A model generated the notes under the pieces. It did not search any database, was not told the DNA's origin, and worked only from the letters and a program-made list of their open reading frames with translations. The position numbers and the translations under genes were made by a program. A stretch of 62,968 bases of DNA, filler included, from Octopus bimaculoides (lineage: Eukaryota), in assembly GCF_001194135.2 (NCBI RefSeq). It is 5 parts of 5 records of this genome, joined end to end, with 100 filler letters (N's around TTAATTAATTAA, not from the genome) between each part and the next. Parts side by side here need not be neighbours in the genome. Positions count along the whole stretch, not along the records: positions 1 to 22,094 come from NC_068981.1; positions 22,195 to 33,793 come from NC_068996.1; 3 more parts are not named here. The stretch is one strand, 5' to 3'. Positions within the stretch are counted from its first letter, which is position 1, and each line of letters opens with the position of its first letter. This document shows positions 12,890-25,460 of this stretch, piece by piece.

Positions 12890-13700
12890 TTGTACTCGTT
12901 TACTCGTTTACTTGTTTCAGTCATTTGACTGCGGCCATGCTGGAGCACCGCCTTTAGTGGAGCAAATCGACCCCAGGACTTATTCTTTGTAAGCCTAGTA
13001 CTTATTCTATCGGTCTCTTTTGCCGAACGGCTAAGTTACGGGGACGTAAACACACCACCATCGGTTGTCAAGCGATGTTGGGGAGACANNNNNNNNNNNN
13101 NNNNNNNNNNNNNNNNNNNNNNNNNNNNNNNNNNNNNNNNNNNNNNNNNNNNNNNNNNNNNNNNNNNNNNNNNNNNNNNNNNNNNNNNNNNNNNNNNNNN
13201 NNNNNNNNNNNNNNNNNNNNNNNNNNNNNNNNNNNNNNNNNNNNNNNNNNNNNNNNNNNNNNNNNNNNNNNNNNNNNNNNNNNNNNNNNNNNNNNNNNNN
13301 NNNAGTAGAAAACACTTGACCAAGATGCCATGCAGTGGGAATGAACCCGGAACCATGTGGTTGGTAAGCAAGCTACTTTATTTCATTAGATTGGCCATTA
13401 AGGCCTTACAAAGAGGGGACAAACAAGGACAGACAAACGTAAAGTAGCTGCGGGCTGGACACGGACATTAATGAGATGAGGATGATAACAAAAGGTGAAT
13501 AAAAATGAGAGAGGCACCCACGCCCGCCGATCGATAACCCCTCGAAAACATTGTTCAATACAAATCCAATAAAAGTCAAAAATTCAATGGCAGTTCAATA
13601 AAGTTCAATAAAAGTTCCTTTTAAAGATCTAATCTTCCTCCTCCAGGCCTCCAAGCAATTGTCCCGTAGCTACTTACCACACAGCCACTCCTGCGCCTAT
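12890..13700 (-). mobile_element. tRNA-derived SINE family B (internal microsatellite) carrying a nested insertion
   Basis: Reverse complement of aggcgcaggagtggctgtgtggtaagtagc..ccttgggcaagtgtcttctactatagc..actgaaacaagtaaa; interrupted at 13379-13667. Confidence 0.9.
13379..13667 (-). mobile_element. Retroposed 3' fragment inserted into SINE B with an 8-bp TSD
   Basis: AGCTACTT duplicated at 13371-13378 and 13668-13675; its 3' end contains tttgtctgtccttgtttgtcccc, also present at 45730. Confidence 0.7.
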
Positions 13701-14374
13701 GAGTTGACAGAAAGGAAACTGTTTGTTAGTTATAGAAGGAGCTATATATTTTTTTAATTTTCTTTTACAGGTAGCGCAAATATATACCTGTTAAAGCCAA
13801 ACTTGGTCACTGAAATTAGAATTGAATTAGATTATCTCGATTCACCTCTATAGCAAAATCCATTGCATATCTCTTTCAGACATACTTGATGCATGTAGTT
13901 TTAATAGAATTCCGTGATTACGGACATATATTATGTAACAATATTGCATACTTCGTTATTTGTATTTAAGTGAAATAATTAATCATTTGTTAAGTGGATA
14001 CTGTCTCAACTTAATCCTTTACGAATCTTGATGTAGTAACCACTTTACCTGCTAGAAAAAGCGGCCTGATTCATTCTCCGCATACCCAACTTAATTAGTG
14101 ATTGCTTGAGTAATTAACATGGATTCAATATGATATAACGTTTTTGTTTTGTTTTTTCTCCTTTTTATTTACATGAATTACAAAAGTGTGATATGAAGTC
14201 AGTTAATTAAGTATATATGATAGTTTGATCATATCAACCCAGTATATACAAATATTTATTTTGGTCTGGTACTGATCAATCTTCATTAGTCGAACTGCTG
14301 AACTACGGAATATAAATCGACCACCGGTTTTTAGACTGGTGGAAAAGTATAGACAAGAACACTCATACACACAC

Positions 14375-14410
<36 letters not shown>

Positions 14411-14719
14411 TCCGAGCCTCTCCTCTCTCTCTCTGTCACACACACGCACGCACGCGCGCACGGACAAACACACACACACACACTCACACACATACACACT
14501 TATATATACACGGCGCGTGTACGTACATGCATACATACGCACGCGTGGCACTCAATACAAATAAAAATGAAATAATTTGAAAGTATGCATAGAAAATGAA
14601 CACATCTAAAGAATCTTTTTGACAAAAGAATTCCATTCAAAGCATAAAACAATAATTAAATTACATTAAATGATGAATCAAAGGTCTTTAAAAAGGATCG
14701 AAGGTCCCTCTGAACAATT

Positions 14720-14945
14720 GGCTCATAAGGCCGGTTTCCCAGATACTGTGGCTTATCTATTCCCCCTCCCCTAGTGGGCAGGGTGCTGCTCCGTCGCAGG
14801 GTTACTCATTTTTGCCAGCTGAGTGGACTGGAGCAACGTGACATGAAGTGTTTTGCTCAAGAACTCAGCACACCGCCAGGTCTAGGAATCGAAACCACAC
14901 TCTTATGGTCGTGAGTGCAACACCCTAACTACTAATCACGCGCCT
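14720..14945 (-). mobile_element. tRNA-derived core-type SINE family D
   Basis: Reverse complement reads ggcgcgtgattagtagttagggtgttgcactc..gtttcgattcc..ttgagcaaaacacttc..ttgctccagtccactcagctggcaaaaatgagta. Confidence 0.8.
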
Positions 14946-16729
14946 CCACATTAAATTAAACAATACCGACAAATCCTCTGCCTGCTCTGTATTGTTGTGT
15001 GATCATTTCTTTGCAATTTGTTAAATATTCAATTTGTGTTTCATTAAATATTGAACCTAAAAACGATTTTCTAAAATTGTTTAATGCAAAGTCTATTACA
15101 TGTAAATATCACTACTTAAGAATAAGCTTAGTTTTCTACATTCTAACTTTATTCCATTGGTTTCCCAGAATGGCTGCAGTCCAATGACTGAAACGAGTAA
15201 ATGATAATAGATTAAGCAAAACAAGCAGACTAGTGTAATAAGGCAAATTAAATAAATTACACTATAAACTTTGAAACAAACAAATCAACAATTAAAATAA
15301 TATTGAATCTACAGTAGAATTGGAAAGTTTATTGTCTTCCTGACCTTTATAAAGACCGATAGGGGTGGAAAACCGAATTCTAATACTGACGGCACTGACT
15401 AATGATGGAAATTTCCCTAATGTGATCAATCTTGAACTGGACATTACCACACTATCAATTATTGCAAAACTGTGATCCCTACCATGTTTTCAGAGCAGAA
15501 GGAATACTTGAATCGGTTATTTTTTTTGTTTCTGGAAAGAGAAAAAGCTAGACTTAATACACTAACATCGCGTTTTTTTTTTGGGGGGGGGGTTAAGGCC
15601 AGCATTAATGTAACATAAAGGAGATATGGATTCAAGAGATTGCACTGATATTTTGTCTTTGCATTACGTTTATAATTAAGGAACTCAGACCTTCTGTGGA
15701 AGGCTAAAATAGGTTATCTTTTACAAAAATTATTTTCTGATACCTGAGGCAAATCAAAGGGGCTCATAATTACTAAGTTCTACTTCGAAGGGAGGTTATT
15801 AACTTGAGATTAGATTTATAGCTGCAGCAGCAGCTTGAAAAGACTGCAAAGCAAGTTACATAGAATCAACAAGGTATTGATAGATTCATGACAACTATAA
15901 AGATTCAAGATATGCATGCAGATAAAGCAGTGAATCTTACTAAAAAAATTGTTGATTATACAGAAGACATTTTTAGCACTAGAAATAACAGATGGTTTCA
16001 AATAATCTGTTATTATGCGCTGCTTTTTCTTTACTTAACATGAAAAATAAAAAGAAAAGAAAAGAAATAAGTAGTAGATAAAGTCGCTAAAATATTTTTG
16101 TAACGTTTATTTTTATATTGCGTTTATAATTGCTAATTTCTTGCTGAAACGCTGAGTAATTTTAAGTAGAGGAAGTACTTAAAATTGTTTCCTTATAAAA
16201 ACCTCTAAGTATATTCTATATTTTGCATATTCAATTTAGAGCCTCTCGAGTAAGTATTTTAAAAATATACGAGTAAGAAAAATAAAAGTTGATTGTTAAA
16301 TTCGACATTGATATGGTCGAGATTATTTTTTATATTTTCCTTTTTTAACATAACTGAGTCATATCAGTCATTGCTGTCTGGCTTAGAAGTTTGTTTCGCA
16401 ATCCCATGGTTCAAGGTTTGGTCTCACAATATGGCATTTTAATAAAAAGAGTGTTTATAAATTTGAGTCGATTGTTAGTTTGTGAGTGGAATTCTGAAGA
16501 TGAAAACTGCAGAAGCTGCTGGTATATATTGTTTCTAGATTTAAGTGTTTCATTTGCAGATTACAAGTCAGTCACTTACAAAGTAGAAAATCTTTTTTGC
16601 TTGGAATCAAGTTAGTTCTTAGGATTTGTGAATATGTAAATGAGTTAGTGTGTGCGTTTTTTATCTCATTGTGTTAATATAGGTATGTGTGTGTGTATTT
16701 ATAATATATATATATATATTTATGCGTAT

Positions 16730-16760
<31 letters not shown>

Positions 16761-16778
16761 GAATGCATTTATATATAC

Positions 16779-16817
<39 letters not shown>

Positions 16818-16855
16818 ATCAAATGAATAATAACAGACGATTGATAATTGTCAGC

Positions 16856-16935
16856 TCATTACAGCTGTTTCTTACGCATTTTTAATAAAAGGATGAGAAC
16901 ATTACTCCATTACAAGAACTGTAATCATCAGATGA
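16856..16935 (-). ncRNA. Minimal type I hammerhead ribozyme with a long stem II
   Basis: Minus strand: tcat-CTGATGA-ttac(..)gtaa-GAAAC-AGCT-GTA-atga; stem I tcat/atga, palindromic stem III. Confidence 0.7.
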
Positions 16936-18311
16936 AACGTAATTTTACAAACAAAAGAATATCCTAAGAATGCATCAGTCAGCCTGCCACTATAAGGGAT
17001 AACCACAGCAACAAATAGCGGGAGGGATACTGTTTCCACTAGCTTAAGCTCACACCATACTTATCCCTACAATCTGAACACTCTCCACTAGCTGTAAGGA
17101 CCGCCCACCTACTTCCATTCATGTTGTCGACATGCTCAACGCACAGAACACTAACATGTGTGCTGAAAGTTCTTTCCGTTATATCGCCCACTCTCGGTCC
17201 TCTAGTTGTCACTATCTGAAAGCTAAATCTCTTACGACAATGCTCAGTACCAACATTCTCCGACCCTGGGCTCGGCAACTAATTATAATAGTATTGATCC
17301 TAGTAATATAAGTCCCGGTAACAACCATGCGACCACCAATAACTCCCGCGAGCTTCAACTATTACGCGATAATAACGTAGGATCGCGTAACCATAATAAT
17401 AAAATTTCATGTCTTGGAAAATATTGGGTGCAATTGTTTAGACAAAATGCCATGTCAGTTTTCTGGCCGATGTCTAGCAGTAAATATGGTTAACAAATGT
17501 AATGTCGTGACGGAGACCAATACTTGTACTTATATCGGTTGCTCCTTAAATCTCAAGAAACGCTTACGTAACCACTATTCTTCCTTTAAATTAAGACATT
17601 GGGCAGGCAGGACTTCTCTAGCCACGAAGATTTGGGAGCTCAAGGACGACAATGTTAAATTTGATTTGAGTCAGGACATCATTAGGGTCGCTAAACCGTA
17701 CTCAAACAGCAGATACGGGAGCAGGCTTTGCTGCATGGAGCTGTCTGAAATTTTATAGAGATCAAATAGTGAAAATCTAATAAATAATAAACTAGACCTT
17801 CATCTTTTCTGTATACATAAGGCTACCTGCACCTTTAAATATTTTAAAGAGATTAAACAACCTCTATAATAGCTCCTAACCTAGGGCCAATTCACAGATA
17901 TAAACTCTTCAAGTCTTCTACTACTCACCACTAACCTGTCCTTTCATGCAACTTAACTTATATTCCTCATTTTGCTTCCACTTCAATTTTACTACCATTA
18001 CCTTCTCTTTATAATTTCTATGCCTAATCCCTTAAGCTCTATCACAACATATCTTACACTCTTTTACTCTTTACCCTCTCATCTCTTCCTCTCCCCCCCT
18101 CTCTCTCTCTCTCTCTCTCCCTCACCTCTGCCTTCCTTCTATCATTTTATCCTCACCACTAGCTAGAACACATATATACACCATTCTGCTTAAATAATGG
18201 AACTGCAGATACAATATACTTACGTATCTCACGTCTGTTTTCATTTCTCCTTTTCACTTTGTATTTCATATCTTCTCTATAATAACTATTACTTAAACAT
18301 TCTCTCGCACC

Positions 18312-18359
18312 GTCTCTGATGAAGGGATATATAAAATATCCCGGAAACAGCTGTAAGAC
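18312..18359 (+). ncRNA. Minimal type I hammerhead ribozyme
   Basis: gtct-CTGATGA-a-gggatat(ataaa)atatccc-g-GAAAC-AGCT-GTA-agac. Confidence 0.8.
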
Positions 18360-18542
18360 CTTCTCTTTATAAATGTTCTGAAAACTATTCACAGCCTTGG
18401 ATTTTTTATCTCATTGTGTTAATATAGGTGTGTGTGTGTATTTATAATATATATATATATATATATATATANNNNNNNNNNNNNNNNNNNNNNNNNNNNN
18501 NNNNNNNNNNNNNNNNNNNNNNNNNNNNNNNNNNNNNNNNNN

Positions 18543-18601
<59 letters not shown>

Positions 18602-19094
18602 ATGTATGTATGTATGTATGTATGTACGTACGTGCGTACGTATGTATGTATGTATTTATGTATGTATGTATGAGATGTAGCCTGAAGTATGCTTTGGCAA
18701 CCTTGAATTTTACGATGGATTATTATTGCCAGTAGTCGGGTCAATGACATCGGTGATCTGATCAGTAAAAAGGGGAAAAATGTCAATAAAGAACATTTGG
18801 AGGATTTAACAGAGCTTAGCTATTGAAGAGCTGAAAGCATAAGTAGAGCCAAGCATTCAAAATAAGCCTAAAATTTACCGATCCAATAAATCAGAAAGAA
18901 TTCTGACAATTGAATCCCACATTGGCCTTCTGAATTTTCAGCCTGGAATTTCAAACTATTTCTGATTTTTGTTCTGTTTAAATCTATGCTGTGTAAATAG
19001 GTTTTAATTGAATACTACACCTTTCAGTAAGTTGAATGTAAAGGTAGTAGTGGGATATATGAAGTAAAATAATTAATAGTAGAATAAGTGTAAA

Positions 19095-19690
19095 TATTGG
19101 GTCATCCCATAAATAATGCGGGGTTTTTTATACTTGTTTTATTTTTATTTTTTAATCTAAAATATACTCTCCTTCATTTTCTACAATGCTCTTCCATTTA
19201 TCTGATAGACTTGCAAGGTCCCTCTTCTAAAATTCACTTGTCCGCGACAAAAAATATTCCTCCAGTACTGTTCTGACCTCGTCTACAGAATTCATATTTT
19301 TCCCGTCCAAATGATTTTAATGACTGCGGAACAAATGATAATCAAATGGGGCAATGTCCGGCGAATATGGTGGGTGGGGCATCATTTCCCATTCAAACCG
19401 CTTCAGCTTTGGAATGTCATTCTCGCTGTATGTCGCCGAGCATTATCCTGATGGAAGAACATCTTTTCTATTGAAACCAAAGATGGTCGTTTTACTTCTA
19501 GCGCTGGTGTCGATCCATGATTGAATGACCAAATCCAAGCTTCTCTGCTAGTTCCTCAACAGTTACGATAGGATTTTGTTCCACCAGGGTTTGCAGGACG
19601 TCCTCGTCGACCTCTACAGATCTTCCAGGACGAGGCTCGTCTTCTAGATTGTAGTCTCCGGCTCGAAATTTCTGGTTTGGGGCGAGTAAT
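19095..19690 (-). mobile_element. Internally deleted Mos1-like mariner remnant
   Basis: Minus-strand FRAGDYNLEDEPRPGRSVEVDEDVLQTLVEQNP and WEMMPHPPYSPDIAPFDYHLFRS; one TIR-like end TAttgggtcatcccataaat. Confidence 0.85.
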
Positions 19691-19835
19691 CTCCCCTTGA
19701 TTGTTATGTAAGAACGGAGCTTTTTATTTAGCTTATTATGGGATAGATTGGCATAAGTTTAGCATAAAATTTATGTAGTTTGGCAGAATTTAGAGAAGGT
19801 ACGTATCTAAATAAATTACGAGTAACTGAAAAGCC

Positions 19836-19888
<53 letters not shown>

Positions 19889-20360
19889 TGTGTGTGTGTG
19901 TACAATGTCAATGGTAACCTCAATTGTAAGCGACTCAGGGGCTTTTAATGCCCTCCCTCTCTCTCTCACCTCTTTTCTCTACTATTTAAAAAAAGATAAG
20001 AAACAAAAAAAATGTCGATCGTTTATATAGTTTATAAATGTTTTAAATGACCATGTAGTTTCATCTCAAGCTGCAGCATGTTGACAAGCCCCAAATTTAG
20101 GGTGAAATAAATTTATCTGTATCTACTTGCAGCTACTAGGACAACCAAAACATAAAAATCAGAATGAATTATAGCTACTCGCATAATAAAATAAGTATAT
20201 AAAAAAATAATAAAATCTCTCTCAGTGATTCTCTCCCACCGAGGGAAGTTTCTCCCCCTCTTCAATTTCTTACCAAACCCTACTTCTCTCTGCCTCTGAG
20301 GTTGAAAACAACCACAGATGGCTACAGCAGCAACAACGGCGGTCACTAGTCAAATTTCAC

Positions 20361-20404
<44 letters not shown>

Positions 20405-20409
20405 TTTGC

Positions 20410-20805
20410 AAAATGCAGCCTCCTGACACCAACACGGCTCTAACAGTCAAGTCAGCTGCTAGGAAATCACAGGTCAGCCCAGCAAGCCAAATTGCTTAGA
20501 GAGGAAGAAGTAATCGTACCTGGTTACTTGTCTTGTGTAATGTTTTCATGATTGCAGCCAAAGACACCTCTTCCTTCCCTCCCTGCCGCCTTGTGTGCAT
20601 TCGTTCCGACAACATAGCAAATAATTGGCTCACTGCAGCAATAAAAATCCCACTTCTGACACCAAATATTGCGAAATGTGGCCTTCTGACACGGACACAG
20701 CTCCAACAACTAAGTCAGCAGCTGGGAAACCGCAGGCCAGCCCAGGAAGCCAACTTGCTTAGAGAGGAAGATGTAGTCGTACCCGACTGGATGTTTTGTG
20801 TAACG
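20410..20805 (+). repeat. Diverged direct duplication of about 130 bp (20410-20545 and 20670-20805)
   Basis: aaatgcagcctcctgacacc..ttgcttagagaggaagaagtaatcgtacc versus aaatgtggccttctgacacg..ttgcttagagaggaagatgtagtcgtacc. Confidence 0.85.
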
Positions 20806-21048
20806 TGGTTCTTCGTCGCCCGGGTTCACTTCGACTGGTCACATCGCATCTTTACACCCACTACCTTCGAGGCCGAATTCACATTGACTATTTTCGTAGC
20901 CAACTTCACACACTGCGTTCTTTACGCCACTAACTTCACACTCCGTGTTCCTTTACCAGTTCAAGTCGTTCACCTCACAGCAAAGACACACAAAACAAAG
21001 AAAAACGAGCAGAATGCTTTAAATTAGTCACGTAATCAATAACGTTAG

Positions 21049-21252
21049 TTTGTAATTTTCAAACGATCTCGCTCGCTGTGGGGCGGTTATCTCCCCTGTC
21101 AGTGTATATAAAATGTGATTACTGAGGCTATAAAGGCTTTTTAGCTCTTATTTCCAGCAATGTAGGTGTTACCCTGCACCCACGGTAACGACTAGTGACA
21201 ATTGAATTTTCCCCTTTTGGTTTTATATTGCTTATAGCCGCCTTCATTATGT

Positions 21253-21322
<70 letters not shown>

Positions 21323-21518
21323 GCGGCTATATACAATATAAAACCAAAAGGGAAAAATTCAATTCTCACTAGTCGTGACTGTGAGTGTAGGGTAACACCT
21401 ACATTGCTAGAAATAAGAGCTAAAAAGCCTTTACAGCCGCAGTAATCACATTTTATATACGCTCTTAGCGGGGATAACCGTTCCACAGCGAGCGAGGTTT
21501 TCGTTTGAAAATTACAAA
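21049..21518. repeat. Imperfect palindrome with about 193-bp arms and a (TA)n(AAT)n spacer
   Basis: 21049-21241 aligns to the reverse complement of 21323-21518 at roughly 85% by eye. Confidence 0.9.
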
Positions 21519-21833
21519 TTTATCAGTAGTGACTACTACGTCGCTGGACGGCTAAGCTAAATCCCGATTATCAGTATATATATTTACTATATGAATTTAT
21601 GGATGATTTAGCAAAATGCTAATGTGAAAATTATAGAATAATGGAGGCGGCTATACGCTGTGTAAACTCTAAAAGAAAAACTTCAACTGTGTCTGTGTGT
21701 GTATTTGCGCATGTGTATTTCGTATGCGTATTTGATCTAAAATAGATTTTCTTTGTAGCGTAAATATCGAAGACACCAAAAGTTGAGTGGAAAACATTCA
21801 GAATCTATTGTTACGTCATAATCACTTGTGACG

Positions 21834-21868
<35 letters not shown>

Positions 21869-22094
21869 ATTTTTTTCCCAGAGGATGTAGCAACCGTTAC
21901 CAATATAGCATAAGAACTTACCTTAGGAGATCATTAATTAGATTCCTTAAGGGTCGTTCTCACAGTTTATATTTATATCATAAAGTTTTTAAACTTTTAA
22001 ATTTTCATATTCAAAAGAGACAGAGACTTCAAATTCGATATATCGATTTATTCACCACTCTATGTTAACATTTCTGTGCCAAACTTATCCAGTG

Positions 22095-22194
22095 NNNNNN
22101 NNNNNNNNNNNNNNNNNNNNNNNNNNNNNNNNNNNNNNTTAATTAATTAANNNNNNNNNNNNNNNNNNNNNNNNNNNNNNNNNNNNNNNNNNNN
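22095..22194. other. Artificial scaffold-joining spacer (44N + TTAATTAATTAA + 44N)
   Basis: Exact 100-nt pattern recurs four times; the 12-mer is palindromic with a stop in all six frames. Confidence 0.95.
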
Positions 22195-22233
<39 letters not shown>

Positions 22234-22682
22234 CACACACATATAAACACATATATAACATATATCAATTTCTCGCCCTGTTTCATTCTTTTCTTTTACT
22301 CCAGGTCTACCTCTTCATTCCATATTCTTATCTTTTCTTCCACTATTGTCCCGGGTTGGTTCGTTTTGTGTAATTTTGGTCATAGATGACTGATGTGTTC
22401 TTTCTTTTCCCTATCTCATCCGCCAAAGTTTAATCATATACGCACACACACACACACACATTTGTGTCTTTTCTGTGTCGTCTCCTCTGTATAATTCTTA
22501 AGAACCGTATAATGATGATTGGTGAGGCTCCATTTGCTATCGTGCTGCCCCCTATGTGTCGAGAACATGAAAATACTTAGCTGGACGGTGATAACGGATA
22601 CGTTTTTTGTTTGTTCTGTCTGTTGTGTATTCGTATAGTCTATGCATAATTTCACGCGCACGCACACACACACACACACATT

Positions 22683-22715
<33 letters not shown>

Positions 22716-22859
22716 CTTCTTTAACTTTAATGCCGCAGTCATATATTTGTGTATATTTATGTATATATTTATGAAAATATACATATATGTATATATATTT
22801 CTTTATCTTATCCACCAGTGCGATATTGAGCACACATTCTGATTGTTCGACATTTATAT

Positions 22860-23220
22860 ACGTACGTACGTATGTATGTATGCATGTATGCATGTATGTA
22901 TGTGTGTATGTATGTACGTATGAAGTATGTATGTATGTATGTACGTATGTACGTATGAAGTATGTATGTATGTATGTACGTATGAAGTATGTATGTATGT
23001 ATGTATGTATGTATGTACGTATGTACGTATGAAGTATGTATGTATGTATGTACGTATGAAGTATGTATGTATGTATGTATGTATGTATGTATGAAGTATG
23101 TATGTATGTATGTATGTATACGCGCATAGTTATATAAAATTAGACATAGACTCTGTGTGTGTGTGTGTGTGTGTATGTACGTGTGTGTTTGTGTGCGCAC
23201 GCGCGTATGTGTATACGTGT
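22860..23220. repeat. (TATG)n/(GT)n compound microsatellite with TGAAG interruptions
   Basis: Visible. Confidence 0.9.
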
Positions 23221-23749
23221 GTGAGTAAATGTTTCATGTAAAATTCCATTCAGTGAAGTCGCACGTTCGAATCGTACCACTTCTTATAGCTTAATATCTC
23301 CAAATTATTTATAAGTCTGTGGCAAAACCCGGACAGAGAATTTAGCTGCTTGCATGAATGAAGAACATTAAATTTTGGTGTCTAAATAACTTTTTCGTTT
23401 AGCATTCATTTTCTTCCAGAAGAGAGAAAAAGAAGGAAACTGGAATTGTGGCGGTGAATCTCTATAATTATGAATAGTAACATAAATGAAGTGAAACAAA
23501 CTCAACCTAAAATCAAAACTGGAGGTGAAGTTCTCCATACTATTTATATTTATCCCCATCCCCACCCTATATTTTTATCGTTCCATCATTTTACTCCTGG
23601 ACGATTCTTCACATCAAGGAATCTGTAACTTTTCTCGGTGAAGATTACAAATGTGAGTTGTAGTTGTTAGCTCAGCATTGAGTTGGCCTGTATTCAAGTT
23701 TGACGGTCGCATCTTTCCATTTGGTTAGTTATACGGTAACTTACGATGT

Positions 23750-23950
23750 CTTTACGACCAGGGAAATACGCCTTTCTACTATAGGCACAAAATCTGACAT
23801 TCTGGGGGGAAGAAGTTAGTCAATTACATTGATTTCAAAAGGATGAAGTGTAAAAACCAACCTCGGTGCAATTTGAACTCAGAATGTAAAACCGTACGAA
23901 ATGCCGCTAGGTATTTAGTCCGTGCTAACGATGTTGTCAGCTCACTGCCT

Positions 23951-24035
<85 letters not shown>

Positions 24036-24210
24036 CCTTTCTACTATCGGCGCGAGGCATGAAATTTTGGAGGTAGGGTTTAGTCGATTACATCGACTCC
24101 AGTGTTTATCGACTCAGAAGGGTGAAAAGATAAAGTCAGCCTCGGTGTAATTTGAACTCACACGTAAAGAATGCTGTTATGCATTTCGTCCGGCGTGTTA
24201 ATGGTGTTGC
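23750..24210 (-). mobile_element. Two SINE A copies separated by (TAC)n(AAT)n
   Basis: Reverse complements of the SINE A consensus (cctcggtgcaatttgaactcag; cctcggtgtaatttgaactc). Confidence 0.75.
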
Positions 24211-24512
24211 CTTTATACCCAGAGTAATAATATGCAACTTTAATTTAACCTGTAAATGTAACTTCATGAAGATCTATCGAAAACGGATTAAAGTTTGTCT
24301 CGGTATTTCCTAGTCCCTTTCTTTATCTAATATCACAGCTTTCACCCGATAAGTCATGGATTTGATTAAATTATCAACGACTGACTAGATCGTGTTTATT
24401 CACTCTTCGTCGAATGTTTCAGTTCTATAATTGATTTTTTTTTCGACTATCTTGCTCACAGCCTTCTATTAAGTTATTTCTTTGTGTGTCCTATAGAATT
24501 AACATCGGAGCT

Positions 24513-24716
24513 TTGAGCAGCCATTTCAGTGATTTGATCTGTGACTTCTCTGAGCAGCCTATTTCAGTGATTTGATCTGTGACTACTTTGAGCAGCCTAT
24601 TTCAGTGATTTGATCTGTGACTTCTTTGAGCAGCCTATTTCAGTGATTTGATCTGTGACTTCTTTGAGCAGCCTATTTCAGTGATTTGATCTGTGACTTC
24701 TTTGAGCAGCCTATTT
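24513..24716 (+). repeat. 38-bp minisatellite (GAGCAGCCTATTTCAGTGATTTGATCTGTGACTTCTTT) running into an N gap
   Basis: More than 5 near-identical units counted. Confidence 0.95.
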
Positions 24717-25229
24717 NNNNNNNNNNNNNNNNNNNNNNNNNNNNNNNNNNNNNNNNNNNNNNNNNNNNNNNNNNNNNNNNNNNNNNNNNNNNNNNNNNNN
24801 NNNNNNNNNNNNNNNNNNNNNNNNNNNNNNNNNNNNNNNNNNNNNNNNNNNNNNNNNNNNNNNNNNNNNNNNNNNNNNNNNNNNNNNNNNNNNNNNNNNN
24901 NNNNNNNNNNNNNNNNNNNNNNNNNNNNNNNNNNNNNNNNNNNNNNNNNNNNNNNNNNNNNNNNNNNNNNNNNNNNNNNNNNNNNNNNNNNNNNNNNNNN
25001 NNNNNNNNNNNNNNNNNNNNNNNNNNNNNNNNNNNNNNNNNNNNNNNNNNNNNNNNNNNNNNNNNNNNNNNNNNNNNNNNNNNNNNNNNNNNNNNNNNNN
25101 NNNNNNNNNNNNNNNNNNNNNNNNNNNNNNNNNNNNNNNNNNNATCCAACCAGCCACGCTCCCATATTTCAGTTTTGTTGTGCACACATTATCTGCATTG
25201 AATTAGGAAATTCAAGAATTTGTTTTCGT

Positions 25230-25460
25230 CAGACCATATTATGTACGACCAAAACTAATCTTTCTTCTTGCATGTCTATTTATAGACCAGTTGAACTTTT
25301 TTTGATTAAAATTTGAAACTATCTGATTAAATTTATTTCTTGCTACTTTCCATATCCAAGATCTTTCAATCTTGTTCTTGCACAACATGGCAACGTATCC
25401 ATAGAATCTCAAACTCTCTAACATTTTCAAGTCGTTGTTTAACTCTCTGCCTACCATGGG
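25230..25460 (-). mobile_element. Possible decayed RTE-like LINE RT fragment
   Basis: LENVREFE.. and ARNKFNQI.. resemble the EQV..FKYLG..IAK..F region; heavily frameshifted. Confidence 0.35.

Larger units (their letters stand above)
16650..18470 (+). mobile_element. 5'-truncated Penelope-like element: GIY-YIG endonuclease flanked by hammerhead-bearing termini
   Basis: ORF 17414-17758 CNCLDKMPCQFSGRCL..YIGCS..LKKRLRNHYSSF..TSLATKIWELKD..AKPYS..LC is a PLE-type GIY-YIG with Cys motifs. Hammerhead motifs on both sides; about 55-bp duplication at 16658 and 18402. Confidence 0.85.

Noticed and set aside
24635-25316. Long ORFs containing X runs (also at 8.3, 13.0, 42.7, 51, 53, 54 and 57.8 kb)
   Set aside because: Open only because of N gaps
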